Source: Acidobacteriota bacterium (GTDB lineage Bacteria > Acidobacteriota > Vicinamibacteria > Vicinamibacterales > CAVVIG01). From it: a DNA stretch of 64,000 nucleotides. The first letter of the stretch is position 1, and the number at the start of each line of letters is the position of its first letter. The stretch is taken from assembly GCA_020850715.1 (NCBI GenBank), contig JADZED010000080.1, positions 4,524-68,523 on the forward strand, in the 5' to 3' direction. Made by a program: the position numbers and the translations under genes. Under the pieces are notes generated by a model. That model saw nothing but the letters and a program-made list of their open reading frames with translations, had not been told where the DNA came from and did no database searches. This document shows, one piece after another, positions 56,358 to 64,000 of this stretch.

Positions 56358-58598
56358 ATGAAGCATCCGCTGCTCAGCCTCGTGTTCCTCGTCGTTCTTG
56401 CACCTGCGGCCCACGGCCAGGAAGCCGCGAGTGTCCCCGGCGCGCCGCCCTCGCGCCGGACGCTCGCCGCGCTGCGGCTCGCGCCCGGCGAGCGGATCGC
56501 GCTCGACGGCATCCTCGACGAGGCGGCCTGGAGGCGCGCCGTGCCGGCGACCGACTTCATCCAGCAGGATCCGGACAACGGCCAGCCGGCGACCGAGCAG
56601 ACCGAGGTGTTCGTCGTCTTTGACGAGGACGCGCTCTACATGGGGGTCGTCTGCCACGATTCCGAGCCCGACAAGTGGCTCGGCTACCAGCGCCGCCGCG
56701 ACGAGTTCCTGCAGGCCGACGACCGCTTCATGTGGAACATCGACACCTACAACAACCAGCAGTCCGGGTACTTCTTCGAGATGAACCCGTCGGGGCTGAT
56801 GGGCGACGCGCTGCGCGGCGCGAACTTCCAGAACCGGCAGTGGGACGGCATCTGGAACGCCAAGGTGCGGCACAGCGAGATCGGCTGGACGCTCGAGATC
56901 GAGATTCCGTTCCGCACGCTCAACTTCGACCCGGAGGCCGAGGCCTGGGGCATCAACTTCCAGCGCACCGTCCGGCGCAAGAACGAAGAGAGCCTCTGGA
57001 TGGGGTGGGGCCGCAACCAGGGGTTGAACCGGCTGTCCAACGCCGGGCTGCTCACCGGGCTCACCGACATCGAGGTGGGCCACGGCCTCGACCTCAAGCC
57101 GTACGTCGTCGCCACCTCGGAATCGTTCCCGGGGCGCGGCGTGGCCGGCGCCCAGAACGACGCCAACGCGGGCGTGGACCTGTTCTTCAGCCCGACGCCG
57201 AAGATGCGGACGAACCTGACGGTCAACACCGACTTCGCGCAGACCGAGGTCGATCAGCGGCTGACGAACCTGACGAGGTTCCCGCAGTTCTTCCCCGAGA
57301 AGCGCGATTTCTTCCTGGACGGATCGACCTTCTTCGATTTCCAGAGCACGGCCCAGGGGGGCAACAGCCTGATGCCGTTCTTCTCGCGCCGCATCGGGCT
57401 CGACGAGAACGGCAACCCGCAGAAGATCGACGTCGGCGGGAAGCTGGCGGGCCAGTTCGGCGCCAACGACGTCGGCGCGATGTACGTGCGCACGGGCGTC
57501 GACGCGCACACGGGCCTCGACGGCGCCAGCCAGACGATCCCGGGCGAGGACTTCGCCGTCGTCCGGGCGAAGCACCGCATGTTCCGGCAGTCGTACGTCG
57601 GCATGATGTACACAGGGCGCAACACGCGCGGCGCCGGCGGGAGCGGCACGCGCAACACGGTCGGCGGCGATTTCCTGCTCGCGACCTCGTCGTTCCGGGG
57701 GGGCGAGCAACTGAGCGTCGGCGGCTTCTTCGTGAACACGTCGAATCCGGCGGAGACCGGGAAGAGCAGTGCGTACGGCGTCGCCGTCGAGTACCCGAAC
57801 GACCCGTGGAGCGCGAGCTTCTTCTTCCGCGAGATCCAGGAGAACTACAACGCCGCGGTCGGCTTCACGCCGCGCCGCGGCTTCCGCCGGATGGCGCCGT
57901 CGCTGCAGTACACGCAGCGGCCGCGCGGGCACCGCTGGATCCGCTCGATCCGGTACGGCGCCGATGCCGACTTCATCCTCGACGCGCGCGACAACCTCGG
58001 CATGCTGAACCGGGAGATCAGCATCACCGCCTTCGACGTTTCGACGCACGCGGGCGACAGCGTCTCGTTCGACATCGAGCCGACCTACGAGAAGCTCGAA
58101 TCGGATTTCACCATCAGCCAGGGGATCAGGCTCCCGAAGGGGAGCGAGTACACCTACACGCGGTATCGCCTGTCGGCGAACACCGCGCAGCGGCGGGTTG
58201 TCGCGTTCGGCCCGACCGTGGAGGCCGGCGGCTTCTACAACGGCACGCGTCGGCGCTTCGCGATGAGCTTCAACGTGCGGCTGCGCCCCGGCGTGATCAT
58301 CTACACGTCAGGCGAGTGGAACAGCGTGGATCTCGATCAGGGGAGCTTCACCACGCGGCTGTACCGCATCGTGCCGGAGCTGCAGTTCAGCCCGTGGATT
58401 GCGTGGGTCAACAACATCCAGTACGACACGCAGAGCAGGCTGCTCGGCTGGCAGTCGCGGTTCCGGTGGATTCTGCGGCCGGGCAACGACTTCTATCTCG
58501 TCTACACCCACAACTGGCTCGACGATCCGCTCCAGAACCGGCTCTACACGCTGGATCGGCGGGCGGCGACGAAGTTCCTGTACACGCAGCGGTTCTGA
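56358..58598 (+). CDS. CBM9-like/DUF5916 predicted outer-membrane protein, paralog 4 (most divergent)
   Basis: ATG 56358 gives signal peptide MKHPLLSLVFLVVLAPAAHGQ (the track start 56328 is also possible). Family blocks present. C-terminal ...KFLYTQRF. Confidence 0.8.
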   Translation: MKHPLLSLVFLVVLAPAAHGQEAASVPGAPPSRRTLAALRLAPGERIALDGILDEAAWRRAVPATDFIQQDPDNGQPATEQTEVFVVFDEDALYMGVVCHDSEPDKWLGYQRRRDEFLQADDRFMWNIDTYNNQQSGYFFEMNPSGLMGDALRGANFQNRQWDGIWNAKVRHSEIGWTLEIEIPFRTLNFDPEAEAWGINFQRTVRRKNEESLWMGWGRNQGLNRLSNAGLLTGLTDIEVGHGLDLKPYVVATSESFPGRGVAGAQNDANAGVDLFFSPTPKMRTNLTVNTDFAQTEVDQRLTNLTRFPQFFPEKRDFFLDGSTFFDFQSTAQGGNSLMPFFSRRIGLDENGNPQKIDVGGKLAGQFGANDVGAMYVRTGVDAHTGLDGASQTIPGEDFAVVRAKHRMFRQSYVGMMYTGRNTRGAGGSGTRNTVGGDFLLATSSFRGGEQLSVGGFFVNTSNPAETGKSSAYGVAVEYPNDPWSASFFFREIQENYNAAVGFTPRRGFRRMAPSLQYTQRPRGHRWIRSIRYGADADFILDARDNLGMLNREISITAFDVSTHAGDSVSFDIEPTYEKLESDFTISQGIRLPKGSEYTYTRYRLSANTAQRRVVAFGPTVEAGGFYNGTRRRFAMSFNVRLRPGVIIYTSGEWNSVDLDQGSFTTRLYRIVPELQFSPWIAWVNNIQYDTQSRLLGWQSRFRWILRPGNDFYLVYTHNWLDDPLQNRLYTLDRRAATKFLYTQRF

Positions 58599-58817
58599 GC
58601 GCGCGAGTCCCTCGCGTTCGTGAGGCGCCGCTGGCGGGGCCCGCCCGCAGCGGCCCGCTCGGCCCTGGCGAATCCCGGCCGGCACGGCCGTCGGCTGCAC
58701 GCCACCGCGTGGCCGAAATCAGCCGCGCGCCCGGCCCCGTTCGCGGCCGCCCGCGTCCGCGCCGCATGAGTGACCGCGACGATCGACCGAGTCACTCATC
58801 GCCCAACGGCGTAGCGA

Positions 58818-59831
58818 TCAGTTCGACCTGGCGGCCTCCTTCTGGACGTAGTTCGCGATCTGTTCGGCCGTCGCAAACCAGACGCCCGGCTTGGCCTTCA
58901 TGTAATCGAGCAGCTTGGCCAGGTGTACGGCTCTCGAACGGCGACCCGACACGTGAGGGTGCATGGTCAGCATCAGCATGCCGCCTTCCTCGTAGGCCAT
59001 GTCGAACTCGTCGCGGTACACGTTGAAAATGAGCTCGGGGGAGGGCAGCGCGCCCGTGCGGCCGAAGTAGGGGGCATCGTCCTGGACCCAGGTGACCGGC
59101 AATTCGATCAGGCCGGTGTTCTTGCCGTGCGCCACGATTTCGTACGGCTGATCCATGGCCATCATGCTGCTGTCGTAGACCATGCCCAGCCGCTTCTCGA
59201 TGTCGAGCGTGTAGGGGCTAATCGCCCACCCGCCCGTGCGGCTGCCGACCGGCTTCTTGCCCGTCAGTTTGGTGAAGTAGTCGATGGCCTGCTTCAGCAG
59301 CCGCTCCTCTTCCGCGGCGTCGTTCAGGGAGGCCACCGACTCGTGAATCCAGCCGTGGAGCGCAATCTCGTGGCGCCCAGACTTCTGAATGGCCTGGAGC
59401 ATTCCGGGGGCGAGGATGTTGCTCACCGCGGGTATATAGAAGCTGGCCGGGATGCCGCGCTGATCGAGAATACGAAGGATGCGGGGCAGGCCTTCGGTCG
59501 CGCCGTACTCCGTATCCGACATGGCCGACAGGTCGCGGTTGGTGTTGCCGCGCGCCAGCGCGGGGGATTCGTTGTCGATGTCGAAGCTGACGCACACCGC
59601 CACCTTCGCGCCGTTGGGCCAGCTCTTCGGCGTCAGCACCCGGCCCGCGCGCGCGGGCGCGACGGCCTGTTTCAACTGGTCCTCGCTCCAGCGGATGCCC
59701 GGAAACGCCGCCGGACCCTCGGCGGCGGGCTGCTGCGCCTGCGCCTCGACGACGAGGGCCAACGCCCCGACGAACATCGCGCCCGCGAGCACGCCCAACG
59801 CCGTTCGCCCCTTCGATCCAATGCTCTTCAT
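58818..59831 (-). CDS. secreted polysaccharide deacetylase (NodB-homology) family protein
   Basis: Signal peptide. VAVCVSFDIDNES and HGWIHE blocks. Confidence 0.75.
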   Translation of the reverse strand: MKSIGSKGRTALGVLAGAMFVGALALVVEAQAQQPAAEGPAAFPGIRWSEDQLKQAVAPARAGRVLTPKSWPNGAKVAVCVSFDIDNESPALARGNTNRDLSAMSDTEYGATEGLPRILRILDQRGIPASFYIPAVSNILAPGMLQAIQKSGRHEIALHGWIHESVASLNDAAEEERLLKQAIDYFTKLTGKKPVGSRTGGWAISPYTLDIEKRLGMVYDSSMMAMDQPYEIVAHGKNTGLIELPVTWVQDDAPYFGRTGALPSPELIFNVYRDEFDMAYEEGGMLMLTMHPHVSGRRSRAVHLAKLLDYMKAKPGVWFATAEQIANYVQKEAARSN

Positions 59832-59886
59832 GACGTCTCCTCGTCGTGTGATGCCGGTTGATCGCGATGTGCTCGATGCGCCCCTG

Positions 59887-62760
59887 TCAGAACGAGTAGC
59901 GCGCTCCCCACTGGATCTGGCGCTCGTCGCGCGCGCCGGTTCGGATCAGGAACGTGGCCAGGCGCATATTCGAGCTTCCGCCCGTGAGGTTGACCGTATT
60001 CAGCACGTTGAATGCCTCGAGAAAGACCTCCATTCGCCGATCGCCGCCGAGCGCAAACGCCTTGGTGCCGCGCAGATCGATCGAACGGAACGGGTCCAGA
60101 GCGAGAAGCTCGCTCGCGATCGGTTTCTGGCCGATCGATGTCCGGTACTCGTTGATGATCCGCAGATCCTCGTCAACGTTTCCCCGCCCGACGCGAGGTG
60201 ACAGCCCCAGGGGACGATCTCCGCTCGTGTTCCCATCGCCATCCAGGTCGACGCCGGCCTGCACAGCTTTCGGAGTGCCGCTGACCCATCGGGCGATGCC
60301 GCTGAGTTGGATGCCGTACGGCAGCGACAGCGATGCCGACACCGTGAGATTGTGCCGCGTGTCGATGCTGTTGTACCCCTTCTCCTGGGGCGTGCGCTGC
60401 GTTCCGCGGTAGGTGCTGTAAAAGTCGACGCCATCGAGGATCGAGCGGGACAGCGTATACGACGCCTGCAGGCTGTTGCCGCCCCGGACCCTGGTTCGCG
60501 CCTGCATCTCCAGTGCGTCGTACCAGCTCTTGGTATAGTTCTCCATCATCTGCACGCGGCCGAATTGGGGCACCGGCCTTGGGTTCGTCGCGCTGATTCG
60601 ACCGGACTCCGGCAGGTTGCGGTCGGTGGATCCGAGCTGATAGCGGCCGTAAGAGTGGACGTAGTCCACGTCGAGCGACGTGGCATTCGTCAACTGCCAG
60701 CCGACTCCAGCGGTCGTGCTGAATTGTTCGGGCAGGACGTAATCATCGCTGATCAGGAACAGGGTCTGGCCTCCCCCGGCCGCGATGAACGCGTCGAGAT
60801 CCTTGCCGCCAAGCACCGCGTTGATGTCGGGATAGTGGCGTAGCTGCTGCGGGTCTTGGATGAGCACCGTGCTGCCGCGCACGGCGTCTTGATCGGTGAG
60901 CTGAAACCACGGACGATTCCGCGTCACGTACATGCCCCATCCCGCACGTCCAACCAGGGTGCCGTTCCCGCGGATGTCCCAGGCGATCCCGAGCCGCGGC
61001 TGCAGGTTGTTGTAATCGTTGCCCCGATCGTTGCTGACGAAGCGCTCGATACCCGCGTATCTCGGGTTTGAGAACAACGTCTCGTAGAAGCCGTTGTTGC
61101 GGAGGTTCGTGTCGAGGTCGTAGCGAAGGCCCAAATTCAAGCGCACCCGGTCGTGAACGAGCCAGTCGTCCTGGAGGTAAGCGGCGATCTGGCTCGACTT
61201 GAACGTATAGATGCCCGGCTTCCGCTGCGTGAACGAGAACGGCCAGGTGCTCGGCTTGGCCGGATCGAACGGCGTGTCCGTCGTGAAGCTGAATGATCCG
61301 TGCTCGTTGAAGTGCGCCTCGAAGTCGTAGGTGCCCCAGGTGAAGTCGCCGCCCGCCTTGATCTCGTGTCTCGGCGTGTTGATGTAGAGGGTGTCGTACA
61401 TCGACGTCAACGTACGCGGGAAGTACTGAGGCGCAATCCCGGTTTGCCCCCAACTGAACGACGGCCGGCTGACCGCCAGGTCGAAGCTGTTCGGCTCGGT
61501 CGCGACCCGGTGCCGCAGCACGTGCATCCGGAAGGAGTTCACCACGTCACCGGAGAGAATCGAATTCTGCTGAAAGACCACGCTGTGCGATCGGCTGGAG
61601 TCGTTCGAGGTGTTGGGGCCAATCTCCATGCCGTCCACGAGGCGCGGCGGCCGGTCGGCGCCGTTGCTTCTCTGCCGGTCGTTCGCGTAGCGCACGAACA
61701 TCGATTGCGCGTCGTTGAACCGGTGATCGATTCTCGCGTCGATCAGGTCGCTGCGGGTGTCGGTCGGGTACACGCCGTTCTCGAGCACGGCGAACGGGTT
61801 CGATGCCGGCAGCGACGTGATCGTTGCGTCGTTGGTCTTCAGGAACTCGTACGCGCTGAAATAGTGGGTCCGGTTCTGCACGACTGGTCCGCCGAGCGAT
61901 CCGCCGACACGCGTCTGGTTGAACGGCGGCTTGCCGGCGGTCGCGAAAGCGTTGGTCGCATTCAGCTTCCGGTCACGGCCGAAGTAGAATCCGCTGCCGC
62001 TCACCTGGTTCGAACCCGACTTGGTCACCACGGTCACGACGGCGGCAAGCGCCTGCCCGTACTGCGCGTCGAACTGGTTGCGGAAGACCTTGAATTCCTG
62101 GACGGCGTCCTGCGTCATGTTGATCGTCGGACTGCCCCAGATCGCATCATCGACCGGGCCGCCGTCAATGATCGTGGTATAGCCGTTTCGAGGATCGGCG
62201 ACGCCGCCGAATCGCGTGGTGGCAAACCTGCCGGTTGCCACTCCGGTTCCAGGCAGCAGTTGCGCCAGGACGAGGAAGTTGCGGGACAGCACCGGCAGCG
62301 TTTCGAGCTGGGCGCTCGCAATCACCGATGAAGGCTGCGCCTTCGAGACCTCGACCAGAGGACTCTCTGCCACCACCGTGATGTTTTCCGTGACCGTCGC
62401 CACTTCCAGCTCGAAATTCAGGGTGGCGTTGGCACCCACGACGAGCGTCACCGTCGTGCGTCTGGTCGCGAACCCCGTGAGCGCGGCGGAGATCTCGTAA
62501 GGAGCAGGAGGCAGGTTGACCGCGCGGTAGTTGCCTTCCGGACCGGACACGAGCTCCTGCGCAACGCCGCTGAGCGTGTTGGTGACGGTAATCGTCGCGC
62601 CAGGCAGGGCGCCTCCGCTGTTGTCCCTGACGACGCCGCCGATGCTCGCGCCGCTCTGCGCCCACGCGGAAGGAGTGCAGCTCCACGCGATCAGCAGCGG
62701 GATGACGAGCGTCGGCAGGACACGCGTTCTGGCTTTGGTTGAACTGCTGGAATTCGGCAT
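59887..62760 (-). CDS. TonB-dependent receptor with N-terminal CarboxypepD_reg-like domain (Oar-like)
   Basis: Signal peptide. GGVVRDNSGGALPGATITVTN...GNYRAVNLPPAPYEI. Long beta-barrel region. Terminal ...WGARYSF. Confidence 0.85.
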   Translation of the reverse strand: MPNSSSSTKARTRVLPTLVIPLLIAWSCTPSAWAQSGASIGGVVRDNSGGALPGATITVTNTLSGVAQELVSGPEGNYRAVNLPPAPYEISAALTGFATRRTTVTLVVGANATLNFELEVATVTENITVVAESPLVEVSKAQPSSVIASAQLETLPVLSRNFLVLAQLLPGTGVATGRFATTRFGGVADPRNGYTTIIDGGPVDDAIWGSPTINMTQDAVQEFKVFRNQFDAQYGQALAAVVTVVTKSGSNQVSGSGFYFGRDRKLNATNAFATAGKPPFNQTRVGGSLGGPVVQNRTHYFSAYEFLKTNDATITSLPASNPFAVLENGVYPTDTRSDLIDARIDHRFNDAQSMFVRYANDRQRSNGADRPPRLVDGMEIGPNTSNDSSRSHSVVFQQNSILSGDVVNSFRMHVLRHRVATEPNSFDLAVSRPSFSWGQTGIAPQYFPRTLTSMYDTLYINTPRHEIKAGGDFTWGTYDFEAHFNEHGSFSFTTDTPFDPAKPSTWPFSFTQRKPGIYTFKSSQIAAYLQDDWLVHDRVRLNLGLRYDLDTNLRNNGFYETLFSNPRYAGIERFVSNDRGNDYNNLQPRLGIAWDIRGNGTLVGRAGWGMYVTRNRPWFQLTDQDAVRGSTVLIQDPQQLRHYPDINAVLGGKDLDAFIAAGGGQTLFLISDDYVLPEQFSTTAGVGWQLTNATSLDVDYVHSYGRYQLGSTDRNLPESGRISATNPRPVPQFGRVQMMENYTKSWYDALEMQARTRVRGGNSLQASYTLSRSILDGVDFYSTYRGTQRTPQEKGYNSIDTRHNLTVSASLSLPYGIQLSGIARWVSGTPKAVQAGVDLDGDGNTSGDRPLGLSPRVGRGNVDEDLRIINEYRTSIGQKPIASELLALDPFRSIDLRGTKAFALGGDRRMEVFLEAFNVLNTVNLTGGSSNMRLATFLIRTGARDERQIQWGARYSF

Positions 62761-62831
62761 GCTGATCCCCTCCCCCGGACGTCGAAGACGTGGCTTTGGT
62801 GACCGGAACCGCCGCTGGCTGGAACGGTCAC

Positions 62832-62837
62832 ATTATA
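62832..62837 (-). promoter_or_regulatory. perfect -10 box TATAAT upstream of the TonB-dependent receptor gene
   Basis: Minus strand reads GGTTTTATAATGTGACC inside an AT-rich island. No convincing -35. SD GGGAGGGG precedes ATG 62760. Confidence 0.35.
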
Positions 62838-63104
62838 AAACCGTAAATGACCCGTCCGCCGGAATTCTCGTCGAACCTTCGCACTCAATTCTTCGAGCGC
62901 CGATCTCGTTGCTCAGGATCCACCGATCGGATCCTCGAACGCCTGCAGCGGAGCTCCCTCCGAATGGAACCATTCACCAGACTCCTCGACAGAGGCCCCC
63001 GCTGCGCACAGGCCCCACCTGGACCTCCGACTTGGGGCGGGCACAGCGAAGGGGAGGCGACCCGTCCTCCGGGGATGCTAGACTCCTAGCCGAATCGAGG
63101 AGCC

Positions 63105-64000
63105 ATGGGGCGGAGCTTTGGGCGCGGATCGGCGGTCTATTTGTTGGCTGGCCTGGGGTTGGCGGCAACCCTCACCTTCGCCGCCTGCGGCGGCGGCCAG
63201 CGCGGCGCCGCCGCAGGCGACGCCGCCACCTTCAAGATCGGCGTGATCACCTCGCTGACCGGGCCGGCGGCCGCCTTCGGCCAGGCGCACGAGAACGGCT
63301 ACGCCATCGCGCTCGGCGAGATCAACGCCCGAGGCGGCGTGAAGGGGAAGCCGATCGAGCTCGTGTACTACGACGACCAGAGCCGCCCCGACCAGGCGGT
63401 CCAGGGCGTCAACAAGCTGATCGACCGCGACGGCGTGCCGATCGTCCTCGGCGCCTATTCGAGCGAGAACACCCGCGCGATCGTCCCGGCCGTGACGCAG
63501 AAGCAGGTGCCGCTGCTCATGCCGACGGCGACGGCCGACAACGTGATGGACTCCAATTCCCCGTGGGTGTTCCGCCTCTGCGCCGGCTCGTCGGCGTATG
63601 CCTCGGCGACGCTCGACTTCCTGAAGACGACCTCGCTGCCCAGGCGGATGGCCATCGTGTACGAGAACACGAACTTCGGCCAGTCGCAGGCCGACGCGAT
63701 GGCGCAGGCGGCCGGCCCGGCCGGGTTCGAGATCGTCGCCAACGAGGCCTACCAGGCGAGCGCGCCCGACTACAAGGCGCTGCTGCAGCGCGTGAAGGCG
63801 GCCAGCCCCGACATCGTGTACTTCGCCTCGTATCTGCTCGACGCGAGCACGCTCATGCGCCAGTCGGCGCAGGTCGGCCTCGAGCCGCAGGCGTTCGCCT
63901 CCGCCGGCACCGGCTTTGCCGCCGCGGAGTTCCCGACCGCCGACAAGGGCGCCGGTGCGTACGCCGAGTACACCTTCTCGGTGTCGCAGTGGCTGCCCAC
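63105..64000 (+). CDS. LivK-type ABC transporter substrate-binding lipoprotein, 3' end beyond the window
   Basis: Own translation: SD GAGGAG, ATG 63105, lipobox LTFAAC, then FKIGVITSLTGPAAAFGQ...YYDDQSRPDQAVQ...IVLGAYSS. The frame is open to base 64000 and is not in the ORF track because no stop is reached. Confidence 0.8.
   Translation, partial: MGRSFGRGSAVYLLAGLGLAATLTFAACGGGQRGAAAGDAATFKIGVITSLTGPAAAFGQAHENGYAIALGEINARGGVKGKPIELVYYDDQSRPDQAVQGVNKLIDRDGVPIVLGAYSSENTRAIVPAVTQKQVPLLMPTATADNVMDSNSPWVFRLCAGSSAYASATLDFLKTTSLPRRMAIVYENTNFGQSQADAMAQAAGPAGFEIVANEAYQASAPDYKALLQRVKAASPDIVYFASYLLDASTLMRQSAQVGLEPQAFASAGTGFAAAEFPTADKGAGAYAEYTFSVSQWLP

Overview
Very GC-rich bacterial chromosomal window; by eye about 70% GC, not computed. 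The gene content suggests Acidobacteriota or Gemmatimonadota, which is inference only: Oar-like TonB receptor with a CarboxypepD_reg domain, DUF5916/CBM9-like proteins, a two-gene egtB-egtD set. I recognised no rRNA, tRNA, CRISPR array, transposase, integrase or known defence system. Most long ORFs in the six-frame track are GC-driven shadow frames; about 55 CDS are supportable. Bases 1-38.5 kb are mostly housekeeping: a sigma-54 activator (truncated), egtB-egtD (ergothioneine), an S9 peptidase, an AddB-like nuclease plus UvrD-like helicase, mrp-DUF3347-M16-M16, a one-direction asd-lysC-dapB-dapA-dapD-M20-MutS-like string, amidase/O-methyltransferase, pyk, LOG, DinB, NamZ-like, an RRM protein, a flavoprotein and a metallophosphoesterase. 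Bases 38.8-62.8 kb are an envelope/accessory region. It holds four paralogous CBM9-like/DUF5916 predicted outer-membrane proteins interleaved with secreted hydrolases (M3 oligoendopeptidase, MBL hydrolase, D-aminoacylase, polysaccharide deacetylase). The same region also carries a tandem-lipocalin protein, a DUF4159 protein start-stop coupled to one DUF5916 gene, L-serine dehydratase, a CPA2 antiporter and a TonB-dependent receptor. The most interesting signals not explained by the CDS are these. (1) The DUF5916 paralog cluster with the DUF4159 coupling is the best candidate for an undescribed envelope system. (2) A promoter, leaderless mini-ORF, antiterminator and strong terminator sit directly upstream of asd-lysC-dap; this is a candidate new attenuator or riboswitch and does not look like an L-box. 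(3) Two copies of a conserved 175-180 nt intergenic element (38655-38834 and 54236-54409) show stems and strand-specific pairing-compatible substitutions. (4) A recurrent promoter layout suggests leaderless mRNAs. (5) There are smaller oddities: an 18-bp tandem repeat, and a proline-rich ORF coupled to the MutS-like gene that has no stop codon. All functional calls come from motifs read by eye. No database search or folding calculation was possible.
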